Source: Burkholderiaceae bacterium
GTDB taxonomy: Bacteria > Pseudomonadota > Gammaproteobacteria > Burkholderiales > Burkholderiaceae_E
DNA length: 64,000 nt
NCBI GenBank assembly: GCA_039807785.1
Contig: JBDHRX010000001.1
Coordinates: 51,331 to 115,330, forward strand
Direction of reading: 5' to 3'
Shown in pieces: positions 40,943-51,527 of the stretch. How positions within the stretch are numbered: the stretch's first letter is position 1; each line of letters begins with the position of its first letter. The notes under the pieces are model-generated. The model saw only the letters and a program-made list of their open reading frames with translations, was not told the origin of the DNA and ran no database searches. Made by a program: the position numbers and the translations under genes.

Positions 40943-42652
40943 TTGTCCCTGCAAGCGCCTTCAGCCGCCCGCCCCGGCGGATGGATCCTCGCCGACACCC
41001 TCGCGCTCCAGGGCGTCGAGACCGTCTTCGGCGTCCCCGGCGAAAGCTACCTGGCGGTCCTCGACGGGCTGCACCGGCACCGCGACCGGATCCGCTTCGT
41101 GATCTGCCGCCAGGAAGGCGGCGCGTCGTACATGGCCGACGCCTATGCCAAGCTCACCGGGCGACCCGGCGTGGTGATGGTCACCCGCGGCCCGGGCGCC
41201 ACCAACGCGTCGGTCGGCATCCACGCCGCGTTCCAGGATTCGGTGCCGCTGGTCGTGTTCGTCGGGCAGGTCGGCACCGGCTTCCTCGATCGCGAGGCGT
41301 TCCAGGAGATCGACTTCCGGCGGATGTTCGGCCAGATGACCAAGTGGGTGGCGCAGATCGACCGGACCGAGCGCATCCCCGAATACGTCGCGCGCGCCTT
41401 CCAGGTCGCGACCAGCGGACGCATGGGTCCGGTCGTGCTGGCGCTGCCCGAGGATGTCCTCGCCGCGTCCGCCGCGGTGCGCGACGCCGCGCCCCACCGG
41501 CCGCTGCGCCCGAGCCCGGCGGCGGCCCAGATCGGGCAGCTCGCGACGATGCTCGCGCGCGCCCGGCGCCCGATCGTCCTCCTCGGGGGCACCGGCTGGA
41601 ACCGCCAGGCCTGCGACGACCTGCGCGCCTTCGTGGAGGCCAACCACCTGCCGGTGGCCTGCGCGTTCCGCTTCCAGGACCTGCTCGACAATCGCCATCC
41701 CAACTACGTCGGCGACGTCGGCCTCGGAGTCAGCCCGAAGCTCGCCGCCCGGATCCGGGACGCCGACCTGGTGCTGGCGATCGGGCCGCGGCTCGGCGAA
41801 GCGACCACCTCGGGCTATACCCTGCTCGAGGTGCCGCGGCCGGCCCAGTCGCTGGTGCACGTGCACCCGGGCATCGAGGAACTGGGACGCGTCTACCAGG
41901 CCGACCTGATGATCGCCTCGGGCATGCCCGAGGTCGCCGCGGCCCTGCGCGACGTGAAGGTCGACGCCTCGGCCTGGGCCGGGTCGGTCGCGCAGGCACG
42001 CGCCGAGCTCGAGGCCTGGCAGGCGCGCCCGCCGATCTACGCCGGCGATGCCGCGCCGGCACTCGACCTGTGGGAGATGGTCCAGATCCTCAAGCGGGTG
42101 TTGCCCGCGGACACGATCCTCACCAACGGCGCCGGCAACTTCGCCACCTGGGCGCACCGTTTCTGGCCCTACGCGGGCCTGCGCACCATGCTCGCCACGA
42201 CCTCGGGCTCGATGGGCTACGGCGTGCCCGCGGCGGTGGCCGCCGCCATCGCCGAGCCGCAGCGCACGGTCGTCTGCTTCGCCGGCGACGGCGACTTCCT
42301 GATGAACGGGCAGGAGCTCGCGACCGCGGCCCAGCACGGCGCCGGCCTGGTCGCGATCGTGTTCGACAACGGCATGTACGGCACGATCCGCATGCACCAG
42401 GAGCGCGAGTACCCGGCGCGGGTGTTCGGCACCGAGCTGGCGAACCCGGATTTCGCGAAGTACGGGGAAGCCTTCGGCGGCTTCGGCCGGCGCGTCGAAC
42501 GCACCGGCGAGTTCGAGGACGCGCTGCGCGCCGCGCTCGAGCATGCCCGCACCCGGCGCCGGCCCGCGCTCATCCACCTGAAGGTCGACCCGCAGGCCAT
42601 CACGCCGAACGCGACGCTCGACGCAATCCGGGCCGCCGGGTCGAAACGCTGA
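40943..42652 (+). CDS. Thiamine pyrophosphate-binding enzyme (acetolactate synthase-like)
   Basis: AAGGAG RBS then TTG; FGVPGESYL, RQEGGA, TRGPGATN, GDGDFLMN..DNGMYG. Confidence 0.88.
   Translation: MSLQAPSAARPGGWILADTLALQGVETVFGVPGESYLAVLDGLHRHRDRIRFVICRQEGGASYMADAYAKLTGRPGVVMVTRGPGATNASVGIHAAFQDSVPLVVFVGQVGTGFLDREAFQEIDFRRMFGQMTKWVAQIDRTERIPEYVARAFQVATSGRMGPVVLALPEDVLAASAAVRDAAPHRPLRPSPAAAQIGQLATMLARARRPIVLLGGTGWNRQACDDLRAFVEANHLPVACAFRFQDLLDNRHPNYVGDVGLGVSPKLAARIRDADLVLAIGPRLGEATTSGYTLLEVPRPAQSLVHVHPGIEELGRVYQADLMIASGMPEVAAALRDVKVDASAWAGSVAQARAELEAWQARPPIYAGDAAPALDLWEMVQILKRVLPADTILTNGAGNFATWAHRFWPYAGLRTMLATTSGSMGYGVPAAVAAAIAEPQRTVVCFAGDGDFLMNGQELATAAQHGAGLVAIVFDNGMYGTIRMHQEREYPARVFGTELANPDFAKYGEAFGGFGRRVERTGEFEDALRAALEHARTRRRPALIHLKVDPQAITPNATLDAIRAAGSKR
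41459..41552. repeat. Inverted repeat copy B (inside the TPP-enzyme CDS)
   Basis: Reverse complement of 40807-40900. Confidence 0.9.
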
Positions 42653-42689
42653 AGGCTTAGGCGGGGGCGAAACGCCCCGCCTAAGCCTT
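42652..42689. terminator. Long hairpin between the convergent TPP-enzyme and nrdR genes
   Basis: AAGGCTTAGGCGGGGGCG-AAA-CGCCCCGCCTAAGCCTT (one bulge), no clear U-tract. Confidence 0.6.
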
Positions 42690-43145
42690 GCGCTTGCGCG
42701 CGCGCACCTCGAGCACGGCCTCGGCGAACTCGTCGACGTCCTCGAAGTTGCGATAGACCGACGCGAAGCGCACGTAGGCGATCTTGTCCAGTCGCTTGAG
42801 CTCGCGCATCACGAGCTCGCCGATGCGCTCGCTGGGCACTTCGCGCAGGCCCAGGCCGAGCAGCTTCTCCTCGATGCGATGGATCGCCGCGTCGACCGCC
42901 TCGGCGTTGACGGGACGCTTGCGCAGCGCGAGCGTCATCGAGGCGCGCAGCTTGCGGCGATCGAACTCGACGCGCACGCCGTTCTTCTTGACGACCGCCG
43001 GCAGCGACAGCTCGATGCGCTCGTAGGTGGTGAAGCGCTTGTCGCAGTTCAGGCAGCGGCGACGGCGACGGATGCTGTCGCCCTCGTCGGAGGCGCGGGT
43101 CTCGATGACCTGGGTGTCCGGATGGTCGCAGAACGGGCAGCGCAT
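42681..43145 (-). CDS. nrdR: Transcriptional repressor NrdR
   Basis: [29 protein letters not shown]. Confidence 0.96.
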   Translation of the reverse strand: MRCPFCDHPDTQVIETRASDEGDSIRRRRRCLNCDKRFTTYERIELSLPAVVKKNGVRVEFDRRKLRASMTLALRKRPVNAEAVDAAIHRIEEKLLGLGLREVPSERIGELVMRELKRLDKIAYVRFASVYRNFEDVDEFAEAVLEVRARKRKA

Positions 43146-43202
43146 GGCGCCGGGATTATCGCAGAGCCCCGGCGCCCGGGGAAACCGGACGACCGGCCCG
43201 CG

Positions 43203-44447
43203 CTAGCCGTAGACCGGGAACTCGGCCGTGAGCTTGTCCACCTGCTCGCGCACGCCGGCGATCCGCGCCGAATCGGCCGGGCGCTCGAGCACGTCGGCGA
43301 CCAGGTTGCCGATCAGGCGGATCTGCTCCTCGCGGAAGCCGCGGGTCGTCATCGCGGGCGTCCCCAGCCGGATGCCGCTGGTGATCATCGGCTTCTCCGG
43401 ATCGTTCGGGATCGCGTTCTTGTTGCAGGTGATGTGCGCCTCGCCGAGGACCCGCTCGGCTTCCTTGCCGGTGATCCGCATCGCGCGCAGGTCGACCAGC
43501 ATCAGGTGCGACTCGGTGCGGCCGGAGACGATGCGCAGGCCGCGCTCGATCAGCGTCTGCGCGAGCACCTGCGCATTGACCAGGGTCTGCTTCTGGTACT
43601 CCTTGAACGCCGGCGACAGCGCCTCGAGGAAGGCGACCGCCTTCGCCGCGATCACGTGCATCAGCGGGCCGCCCTGCAGGCCCGGGAAGATCGCCGAGTT
43701 CAACGCCTTCTCGTGGCGCGCCGGCATCAAGATCAGCCCGCCGCGCGGGCCGCGCAGCGTCTTGTGCGTGGTCGAGGTGACGACGTCGGCATGCGGCACC
43801 GGATTCGGGTACAGTCCGGCCGCGACCAGCCCGGCATAGTGGGCCATGTCGACCATCAGCATCGCGCCGATGTCCCGCGCCACGCGGGCGAACCGCTCGA
43901 AGTCGATGCGCAGGCTGTAGGCCGAGGCGCCGGCGATGATCAGCTTGGGCCGGTGCTCGTGCGCCTTGCGTTCCATCGCGTCGTAGTCGATCGCCTCGGA
44001 CTCGTCGAGACCGTAGGAGACGATGTTGAACCACCGGCCGGACATGTTCAGCGCCATCCCGTGGGTCAGGTGCCCGCCTTCGGCGAGGCTCATGCCCATG
44101 ATCGTGTCGCCCGGCTTCAGGAACGCGAGGAACACCGCCTCGTTCGCCTGCGCGCCCGAATGCGGCTGGACGTTGGCCGCCTCGGCGCCGAACAACTGCC
44201 GCACGCGGTCGATCGCCAGTTGCTCGGCGACGTCGACGTGCTCGCATCCGCCGTAGTAGCGCCGGCCGGGATAGCCCTCGGCGTACTTGTTGGTGAGCTG
44301 GCTGCCCTGCGCGGCCATGACCGCCGGACTGGTGTAGTTCTCGGAGGCGATCATCTCGATATGCGCCTCCTGGCGCTGGTTCTCGAGACGGATCGCGTTC
44401 CACAACTCGGGATCGACGCGCGAGACTCCGATATTTCGATCGAACAT
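43203..44447 (-). CDS. glyA: Serine hydroxymethyltransferase
   Basis: [34 protein letters not shown]. Confidence 0.97.
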   Translation of the reverse strand: MFDRNIGVSRVDPELWNAIRLENQRQEAHIEMIASENYTSPAVMAAQGSQLTNKYAEGYPGRRYYGGCEHVDVAEQLAIDRVRQLFGAEAANVQPHSGAQANEAVFLAFLKPGDTIMGMSLAEGGHLTHGMALNMSGRWFNIVSYGLDESEAIDYDAMERKAHEHRPKLIIAGASAYSLRIDFERFARVARDIGAMLMVDMAHYAGLVAAGLYPNPVPHADVVTSTTHKTLRGPRGGLILMPARHEKALNSAIFPGLQGGPLMHVIAAKAVAFLEALSPAFKEYQKQTLVNAQVLAQTLIERGLRIVSGRTESHLMLVDLRAMRITGKEAERVLGEAHITCNKNAIPNDPEKPMITSGIRLGTPAMTTRGFREEQIRLIGNLVADVLERPADSARIAGVREQVDKLTAEFPVYG

Positions 44448-44526
44448 CGACTGGACCTCTGGGGCTGGAATTGCGCTTCGGAGCCCCCCCGGGCGCGCAA
44501 GACGACCGGGACGGAGCCCCCCTTGC

Positions 44527-44657
44527 GCCCAGGCGATCGGCTGGGCCCGTCGCCAGGCCCGGTCGGCGGCCATGCTCAGGCCGCGTCGCCGCGCTTCACG
44601 GTGTCGGTTCACCCGGGCCGCCCCTGGAGGGCGGCGCCGTTCGCCAGTCACGCGGTG
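44527..44657 (-). ncRNA. ZMP/ZTP (pfl) riboswitch upstream of glyA
   Basis: Minus strand CGCGTGACTGGCGAA..GGTGAACC..CACCGTGAAGCGCG..GCCGATCGCCTGGGC matches the pfl consensus; TAGAAT -10 just upstream. Confidence 0.85.
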
Positions 44658-44681
44658 CGCGCATTCTACTGGATCCCGGGG

Positions 44682-45350
44682 TCACGTCCGCGCGCGCGGC
44701 GCCCCGGCCGCATCCGCCGCCAGATGATCGACATCGCCCCAGCGCGACAGCGAGAACGCCGCGCCGTTCCAGGCGATCGAGTTCAGGCTCGCGTTGAGCA
44801 GCGCGACGCCGTGGACGGCATCGAGCGGCAGCCCGCACGCGATCCGGTAGACGCAGTCGAGCACGCCCCCATGCGTGACGGCGACGATCGTCCGGCCGGC
44901 ATGGCGGCGCGCGAGGGTCTCGATCGCCCGCAGCACGCGCGCATGGAAGACGCGCAGCGTTTCGCCGCCCCCCGGCAGCTCGAAGTCCGGATCCCGGGCA
45001 CGCCAGCGCCGGAACGCTTCCGGATGCCGGTGCAGGAGTTCGTCCTGCGTCAGTCCCTCGAACCCCCCGAAATCGCGCTCGCGCAGCCCGGACTCGATCT
45101 GCAGCGGCAGTCCGTGCGCCTGGGCGATCGGCAGGGCGGTCTGCTGCGCGCGGGACAGGTCGCTCGCATAGACGGCCGCCACCGGCACGGCGGCCATGCG
45201 CCGCGCGGTCAGCGCGGCCTGCGCCAGGCCCTCCGGATCGAGGGCGACGTCGATCCGCCCCTGGAAGCGTCGCTCGCGGTTCCAGGCGGTGACGCCGTGC
45301 CGGATCAGGACGAGCTCGGTATCCGGGCCCGGGCCCGGCGAAGCGGTCAA
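44682..45350 (-). CDS. Histidine phosphatase (phosphoglycerate mutase-like) family protein
   Basis: LIRHGVTAWN, SDLSRAQQTA, LRERDFG, VTHGG; TTG start overlaps the upstream stop. Confidence 0.85.
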   Translation of the reverse strand: MTASPGPGPDTELVLIRHGVTAWNRERRFQGRIDVALDPEGLAQAALTARRMAAVPVAAVYASDLSRAQQTALPIAQAHGLPLQIESGLRERDFGGFEGLTQDELLHRHPEAFRRWRARDPDFELPGGGETLRVFHARVLRAIETLARRHAGRTIVAVTHGGVLDCVYRIACGLPLDAVHGVALLNASLNSIAWNGAAFSLSRWGDVDHLAADAAGAPRART

Positions 45351-45979
45351 GCCGGCGCCAGTCGCGGGTTCAGGGTATAGAGGCCGGTGATCGAGGCCTC
45401 GCCCAGCCGGTGGTGCGCGATCACCTTGCGTGCATCGGCGCCGCCGAAGCGTCCCATCAGCGGCAGGCGCTCGACGTCGAGCGCGTACACGGTGAACACG
45501 TAGCGATGGACGACGGAGTCGTTCCACGGCGGGCACGGCCCGTCGTAGCCGTAGTAGTCGCCGCTCATGTCGTGGTCGGAGGCGAACCAGGCGGTGTAGT
45601 CGTTGATGCCCTGGCGCGCACCGTGGCGGGTGGCCGGACCCGCCTTGCCCTTGGGCGTGACGTTGTCCGAGAACTCGCCGGCGGCGATGGCATCGAGGTT
45701 CGCCGGCAGGTCGACCAGCACCCAATGGAAGAAGTCCACGCGCTTGAGCGTCGACGGGATCTCCCGGCCTTCCTGGTTGACGTCGTCGGGCCGGCTGGGC
45801 ACGTCGGGATCGTGGCAGACGATCGCGAACGAGCGCGTCCCGACCGGCGCACCCGACCAGGCCAGGTGGGGATTGCGATTGGACGACAGCGTCACGTGCG
45901 ACTTCGGGTCGATCCGGCAAAACGCGAACTCGGGCGGTATCGGCTGCCCGTCGGCGAAGGAATCACTGAACAGTCTCAT
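45347..45979 (-). CDS. YbhB/YbcL (PEBP/RKIP-like) protein
   Basis: NPHLAW, HDPDVP, FFHW, YDGPCPP, HRYVFTVYALD. Confidence 0.88.
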   Translation of the reverse strand: MRLFSDSFADGQPIPPEFAFCRIDPKSHVTLSSNRNPHLAWSGAPVGTRSFAIVCHDPDVPSRPDDVNQEGREIPSTLKRVDFFHWVLVDLPANLDAIAAGEFSDNVTPKGKAGPATRHGARQGINDYTAWFASDHDMSGDYYGYDGPCPPWNDSVVHRYVFTVYALDVERLPLMGRFGGADARKVIAHHRLGEASITGLYTLNPRLAPA

Positions 45980-46094
45980 CGGGTGGCTCTCCATGGTCGC
46001 GCCGGCGCGCAGCCTCCAGCCGAACCTTACCCCGGCCCGGCATTCCTTTGTACCCCCGCGGCGCAGCCGCGACCCGGTACCGGCGTCGCCGGGT

Positions 46095-46541
46095 TCACGG
46101 CGGCGGCACGCGCAACCACAGCGTCACCGGCCCGTCATTGACCAGGCTCACCCGCATGTCGGCCCCGAATCGGCCGCAGGCGACGTCGGGATGGCGGTCG
46201 CGGGCGACCGCGAGGAAGCGCTCGTAGAGCCGGCGTCCCTCGTCCGGCAGCGCCGCGCGCGAGAAGCCCGGACGGTTGCCGCCCGCGGTGTCGGCGGCCA
46301 GGGTGAACTGGGACACCACCAGCAGTCCGCCGCCGACGTCCCGGACGCTGCGGTTCATCCGTCCGGCGTCGTCGGCGAAGCAACGCAGCTTCAGGACCCG
46401 GTCGAGCAGCCGCTCGCAGCCGGCGTCGGCATCACCGCGCTCGGCGCAGTAGAACGCCAGCAGCCCCCGGCCGATGCGGCCGGTGACCTCGCCGGCGACC
46501 GCGACCTCGGCGCCGTCGACCCGCTGCAGCAGCGCGATCAT
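46095..46541 (-). CDS. dtd: D-aminoacyl-tRNA deacylase
   Basis: LLQRV, SQFTL, GNRPGF, NDGPVT. Confidence 0.93.
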   Translation of the reverse strand: MIALLQRVDGAEVAVAGEVTGRIGRGLLAFYCAERGDADAGCERLLDRVLKLRCFADDAGRMNRSVRDVGGGLLVVSQFTLAADTAGGNRPGFSRAALPDEGRRLYERFLAVARDRHPDVACGRFGADMRVSLVNDGPVTLWLRVPPP

Positions 46542-46547
46542 GGCGCC

Positions 46548-47828
46548 TCAGGCGGCCTCGAGGGTCACCCGCGCGAACCGGCGCTTGCCCACCTGCACCA
46601 CATAGGTCCCGGCCGCGAGCCTCAGGCCCTTGTCGTCGATCCGCGCGCCGTCGATGCGCACGCCGCCCTGCTCGATATTGCGATTGGCCTCGGTGGTCGA
46701 GGGCGCCAGCTGCGCCTGCTTCAGGACCTGTGCGATCGGCATCGGCGCGCCGCGCAGCACGACCTCGGGCATGTCCTCGGGCAGGGCGCCGTGCCGGAAG
46801 CGCGCCTCGAACTCGGCCAGCGCGGCCTCGGCCGCGGCGCGCGAATGGAATCGTTCGACGATCTCCTGGGCCAGCAGCACCTTGGCGTCGCGCGGGTTGC
46901 GCCCCGCCTCGCATTCGGCGCGCAGCGCGGCGATCTGCGCCAGCGAGCGGAACGACAGCAGCTCGAAATAGCGCCACATCAGCACGTCGGAGATCGACAT
47001 CAGCTTGCCGAACATCGAGCCGGCCGGCTCGGCGATGCCGATGTAGTTGTTCTTCGACTTCGACATCTTCTCGATGCCGTCGAGGCCCTCGAGCAGGGGC
47101 ATCGTCAGGATGCACTGCGGCTCCTGGCCGTACTCGCGCTGCAGCTCGCGCCCCACCAGCAGGTTGAACTTCTGGTCGGTGCCGCCCAGCTCGATGTCCG
47201 CCTTCAGGGCCACCGAATCGTAGCCCTGCATCAGCGGGTACAACAGCTCGTGGACCGAGATCGGCGCACCGGCGCGGAAGCGCTTGGTGAAGTCGTCGCG
47301 CTCCATCATGCGCGCCAGGGTGTAGCGGGCGGCCAGCTGGATCATCCCGCGCGCGCCCAGCGGATCGGACCATTCCGAGTTGTAGCGGATCTCGGTCCGG
47401 GCGCGGTCCAGCACCAGGCTGGCCTGGTCGAAATAGGTCTGCGCGTTCTGCTCGATCTGCTCCCGGGTCAGGGCGGGGCGCGTCGTGTTGCGCCCCGACG
47501 GATCGCCGATCATCGCGGTGAAGTCGCCGATGAGGAAGATCACCCGGTGGCCGAGGTCCTGCAGCTGGCGCATCTTGTTCAGCACCACCGTGTGCCCGAG
47601 GTGCAGGTCGGGCGCGGTCGGGTCCAGGCCGAGCTTGATCCGCAGCGGGGTGCCGGTCGCCTCGCTGCGCGCCAGCTTGGCCACCCAGTCGGACTCGACC
47701 AGGAGCTCGTCGCAGCCGCGCAGGCTGACCGCCAGCGCCTCCCGGGTGCGGTCGGTCACGGGCCAGGCGGGGCCCGCCGGAGCGCCCGACGCCGATCCCG
47801 TCGGTTTCTGAGTGCCGTCCATCGACAT
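46548..47828 (-). CDS. tyrS: Tyrosine--tRNA ligase
   Basis: [19 protein letters not shown]4 domain VGKRRF; exact start uncertain. Confidence 0.95.
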   Translation of the reverse strand: MSMDGTQKPTGSASGAPAGPAWPVTDRTREALAVSLRGCDELLVESDWVAKLARSEATGTPLRIKLGLDPTAPDLHLGHTVVLNKMRQLQDLGHRVIFLIGDFTAMIGDPSGRNTTRPALTREQIEQNAQTYFDQASLVLDRARTEIRYNSEWSDPLGARGMIQLAARYTLARMMERDDFTKRFRAGAPISVHELLYPLMQGYDSVALKADIELGGTDQKFNLLVGRELQREYGQEPQCILTMPLLEGLDGIEKMSKSKNNYIGIAEPAGSMFGKLMSISDVLMWRYFELLSFRSLAQIAALRAECEAGRNPRDAKVLLAQEIVERFHSRAAAEAALAEFEARFRHGALPEDMPEVVLRGAPMPIAQVLKQAQLAPSTTEANRNIEQGGVRIDGARIDDKGLRLAAGTYVVQVGKRRFARVTLEAA

Positions 47829-48006
47829 TTTGTGACAGGTTTCCTGGATTGTTCCGGTAGAATCGGCCGCTGTCTTCCCGGACCAGCCGGGCGGGGCCAT
47901 CGGCGCCGTCGTTCCCGGCAGGCCGAGGGTCCAGATTCTAGCCGAGGGTTCCGGCGCCTCCCGGGTGCCAGAGCCGCTCCCGCTATCCGAAGAACCACGA
48001 AGCCCG

Positions 48007-49341
48007 ATGAGCCAGCTAGCCCTGCCCAGCTTCCCGAAAGTGGCGACCGCCGTCGCCGCGACGCTCACCCTGGCTGCTGTCACCGCGTTCGGCACGGCGC
48101 CGCTGCGCCAGGTCGAGCTCCCGCCCGCCCAGACCATCGTCGAGCCCGTGTCGATCACCCCGGCCGCCCCGGCGACCGAGGCGACCGTCGAGCCGGCCGC
48201 CTACGTGCGCTCGGAACGGATCCAGCGCGGCGAAACGCTCGCGTCGCTGCTCGACCGCCTCGGCGCGGCCGACAGCGCGTTCCAGAAGTTCGTCGCCGCC
48301 GACCCGCGCGCGCGCAAGCTCATGCAGCTGCAGGCCGGTCGTACCGTCACCGCGCAGATCGACGAGGCCGGCCGTGTCCAGTCGCTGCAGTACCGCTACG
48401 CCGGCATCGACACCGACTCCGGCGCCGCATCCCAGCCGTCGGGACGCGTGACCCTCCAGCGTGACGGCGCGACGCTCGTGGCGCGCGACGAGCCGATCGT
48501 CCTCGAGCGGCATGTCGCGATGGGGTTCGCCGAGATCCGCTCCTCGCTGTTCGCTGCGATCGACGCTGCCGGCATCCCCGACGCGGTCGCCAGCCAGATC
48601 GCCGACATCCTCGACGGCGAGGTCGACTTCACCCGCGACCTGCGGCGCGGCGACACGCTGCGCGTCATCTACGAAGTGGTGCGCGAGGCCGACAGCCTCG
48701 ATCCGCCCACGATCGGGCGCATCCTGGCGCTCGAATTCATCGTCAACCGGACGCGCCACGAGGCGGTCTGGTTCGACCGCGGCGACGGCCAGGGCGAGTA
48801 CTTCTCGTTCGACGGACGCAGCCTGCGCAAGGCGTTCCTGCAGCACCCGGTCGAGTTCAGCCGGATCTCGTCGGGCTTCAGCAATGCCCGGATGCACCCG
48901 ATCCTGAAGTACACCCGCGAGCACAAGGGCGTCGATTTCGCCGCGCCGAGCGGCACCAAGGTGCGCAGCTCCGGCGACGGCGTCGTCGACTTCGTCGGCC
49001 AGCAGCGCGGCTACGGCAACGTCATCGAGATCCGCCACCGCAACGGCATCTCGACGCTGTACGCGCACCTGCAGGGCTTCGTGCCCGATCTCTCCAAGGG
49101 GCGCAGGATCGCCCAGGGCGAGGTGATCGGCTACGTCGGCACCACCGGCTGGTCCACCGGCCCGCACCTGCACTACGAATTCAAGGTCAACGGCGAGCAC
49201 GTCAACCCGCTGACCGTCGTCATGCCCGAATCGGCCCCGCTCGACGCCGCGCAGCGCGCGCAGTTCGCCGGCCAGACCGCCGGGCTGCGCACGCAGCTGG
49301 CCCAGCTCGAGGGCGTGGTCCGGCTGGCACGCTTCGAGTAG
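48007..49341 (+). CDS. M23 family peptidoglycan DD-endopeptidase (MepM-like)
   Basis: [21 protein letters not shown]. Confidence 0.88.
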   Translation: MSQLALPSFPKVATAVAATLTLAAVTAFGTAPLRQVELPPAQTIVEPVSITPAAPATEATVEPAAYVRSERIQRGETLASLLDRLGAADSAFQKFVAADPRARKLMQLQAGRTVTAQIDEAGRVQSLQYRYAGIDTDSGAASQPSGRVTLQRDGATLVARDEPIVLERHVAMGFAEIRSSLFAAIDAAGIPDAVASQIADILDGEVDFTRDLRRGDTLRVIYEVVREADSLDPPTIGRILALEFIVNRTRHEAVWFDRGDGQGEYFSFDGRSLRKAFLQHPVEFSRISSGFSNARMHPILKYTREHKGVDFAAPSGTKVRSSGDGVVDFVGQQRGYGNVIEIRHRNGISTLYAHLQGFVPDLSKGRRIAQGEVIGYVGTTGWSTGPHLHYEFKVNGEHVNPLTVVMPESAPLDAAQRAQFAGQTAGLRTQLAQLEGVVRLARFE

Positions 49342-49405
49342 CCGGCGCGCCCCGGTGCCCGCCGGCGCGGGCGTCGCGGCGAGCCCCCCGGCGCATCGGC
49401 CCGCC

Positions 49406-50542
49406 ATGCTCCTCCCGGTCCGCCGCTTCATCGGGCTGATGTCCGGTACCAGCGTCGACGCCGTCGACGGTGCGCTGGTCGAGATCGGCGACGGCCGGCC
49501 CGGCCTGCGCACCCTGGCCCTCGCCAGCCGGCCGATGCCGGCCGCGCTGCGCGACACCCTGAACGCGCTGCAGGCGCCCGGCCACGACGAACTCGCGCGC
49601 GCCGCGCTGGCCGCGAACGCGCTGGCCGACCTCTACGCCGACGTGGTCGCGGACCTGCTCGCGGCGGCCGCCTGCCCCGCCTCCGACGTCGTCGCGCTCG
49701 GCGCCCATGGACAGACCGTCCGGCACCGGCCCGAGCTCGGCTACACGATCCAGCTGCTCAACCCGGCCCGGCTGGCCGAGCGCTGCGGCATGCCGGTGGT
49801 CTGCGACCTCCGCGCCGCCGATATCGCGGCCGGCGGGCAAGGCGCTCCGCTCGCACCCGCCTTCCATGCGCAGATGTTTCGCGCCCCCCTGGAACGACGC
49901 GCGGTCCTGAACCTCGGCGGCATCGCCAACGTGAGCCTCTTGCCCCCCGCCGATCGCGACGAGGCGATCACCGGCTTCGACACCGGGCCCGCCAACACCC
50001 TGCTCGACGCCTGGTGCCGCCGCCATACCGGCGCGGACTTCGACCGGGACGGCGACTGGGCGCGCGGTGGCCGCGTCGACGCGGCCCTGCTCGAGGCCTG
50101 GCTGGCCGATCCCTATTTCGGGCTGGCGCCGCCCAAGAGCACCGGGCGCGACCACTTCAACCTGGCCTGGCTCGACCGGTCGCTCCAGGCCGGCCCTCCC
50201 CGGCCGGCGCGCGAGCCGCGCGACGTCCAGGCGACGCTCGTCGAGCTCACTGCCGTGTCGGCGGTCCGGGCCTGCCGCGACTTCGGGGCCCGGCAACTGT
50301 TCGTCTGCGGCGGCGGCGCCCGCAACGGCTGGCTGATGGCGCGCATCGCCGCCCGTTCGGCACCGGTTCCGGTCGCCTCGACCGGGGCGCTCGGCCTCGA
50401 TCCCCAGGCGGTCGAGGCCGCGGCCTTCGCCTGGCTGGCGGCGCGACGCATCGACTCGGAACCCGGCAACCTGCCCTCGGTCACCGGCGCGCGCCGGGCC
50501 CGGGTGCTCGGCCTGCTGGCCGCCCCGGAACCCCGGCGCTGA
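49406..50542 (+). CDS. anmK: Anhydro-N-acetylmuramic acid kinase
   Basis: GLMSGTSVD, HGQTVRH, GGQGAPL, FDTGPAN, PKSTGR. Confidence 0.93.
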   Translation: MLLPVRRFIGLMSGTSVDAVDGALVEIGDGRPGLRTLALASRPMPAALRDTLNALQAPGHDELARAALAANALADLYADVVADLLAAAACPASDVVALGAHGQTVRHRPELGYTIQLLNPARLAERCGMPVVCDLRAADIAAGGQGAPLAPAFHAQMFRAPLERRAVLNLGGIANVSLLPPADRDEAITGFDTGPANTLLDAWCRRHTGADFDRDGDWARGGRVDAALLEAWLADPYFGLAPPKSTGRDHFNLAWLDRSLQAGPPRPAREPRDVQATLVELTAVSAVRACRDFGARQLFVCGGGARNGWLMARIAARSAPVPVASTGALGLDPQAVEAAAFAWLAARRIDSEPGNLPSVTGARRARVLGLLAAPEPRR

Positions 50543-50890
50543 TCAGGAGAACGACGATCCGCAACCGCAGGTGCTGGTCGCGTTCGGATTGCGGATGACG
50601 AACTGGGCGCCTTCCAGGTCTTCCTTGTAGTCGATCTCGGCGCCCACGAGGTACTGGAAGCTCATCGCGTCGATGAGCAGCGTGACGCCGCCCTTCTCCA
50701 TGACGGTGTCGTCCTCGTTGGTTTCCTCGTCGAACGTGAAACCGTACTGGAAACCCGAACAGCCGCCGCCCTGCACGAACACGCGCAGCTTCAGGGCCGG
50801 GTTGCCTTCCTCGTCGATCAGTTGCTTCACCTTCTCCGCCGCGCTGTCGGTGAACAGCAGCGGCGCAGGCATTTCGGCGACGGCATTCAT
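50543..50890 (-). CDS. erpA: Fe-S cluster insertion protein ErpA
   Basis: [25 protein letters not shown]. Confidence 0.93.
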   Translation of the reverse strand: MNAVAEMPAPLLFTDSAAEKVKQLIDEEGNPALKLRVFVQGGGCSGFQYGFTFDEETNEDDTVMEKGGVTLLIDAMSFQYLVGAEIDYKEDLEGAQFVIRNPNATSTCGCGSSFS

Positions 50891-51056
50891 CGTTTATCTC
50901 CGTTGGCCGACTATTGTAGGGTGCGGCCGGAAACCGCACCAGCGATGCGGCATTTCGCTCCCCGGAGGCCGGCGACCCGAGGCATGGAGGTCGGGAGCCT
51001 GGAAGCCCGGGGCAGCCAGGCCGTGGCACCGGCGCCCGGACGCCCCGCCCGGGCGC

Positions 51057-51108
51057 GGCGATTCGGATCCGGCGATTCGGATCCGGCGATTCGGATCCGG
51101 CGATTCGG
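51057..51108. repeat. 14-bp tandem repeat (GGCGATTCGGATCC) x3 plus a partial unit
   Basis: Read directly; intergenic, 6 nt past the bactofilin stop. Confidence 0.9.
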
Positions 51109-51114
51109 GCGCGG

Positions 51115-51510
51115 CTATTCGTTGCTGGCCGCCAGCTTGAGATCGTGGCGCACCTCCTCGAGATGCGCCAGCGCGCCGTCGAGCACGGCACCATGGTGCA
51201 TCTCGATCGCCCGGTAACGGATCTCCCCGCTCACCTGCGCCTTGGGTTGCAGCTCGAGCAGGTCGTCGGCCTGCACCGGGCCCACGATGGTGCCGTTGAC
51301 CACCAGGTGCGCGGCACGCACCCGCCCCTCGATCCGCGCGTTCTCGGAGAGCACCAGCATGCTGGGCTCGTCCTCCTCGGCCAGGACGTTGCCGCGCACC
51401 TCGCCGTCGATCCGCAGGCCGCCCTTGAAGTGGACATCGCCGCGGATCACGGTGCCGGCCCCGATCAGGCAATCGATGGTGCCGGGATTGAGCTTCTTCT
51501 TGCCGAACAT
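51115..51510 (-). CDS. Bactofilin (polymer-forming cytoskeletal protein)
   Basis: LIGAGTVIRGDV..LRIDGEVRGNV..LVVNGTIVG..GAVLDG. Confidence 0.88.
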   Translation of the reverse strand: MFGKKKLNPGTIDCLIGAGTVIRGDVHFKGGLRIDGEVRGNVLAEEDEPSMLVLSENARIEGRVRAAHLVVNGTIVGPVQADDLLELQPKAQVSGEIRYRAIEMHHGAVLDGALAHLEEVRHDLKLAASNE

Positions 51511-51527
51511 GCCTGTGACTCCTTGCC

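Noticed and set aside
40807-41552. DGR template/variable repeat or IS terminal repeats as the explanation of the duplication
   Set aside because: Mismatches are not adenine-specific, there is no reverse transcriptase or transposase, and the enclosed DNA is a normal gene 5' end.
47952-47969. Sigma-54-like TGGCAC-N5-AGGC upstream of tyrS
   Set aside because: Poor -12 element; likely chance in GC-rich DNA.
51057-51108. CRISPR array
   Set aside because: 14-bp contiguous units with no spacers and no cas genes.
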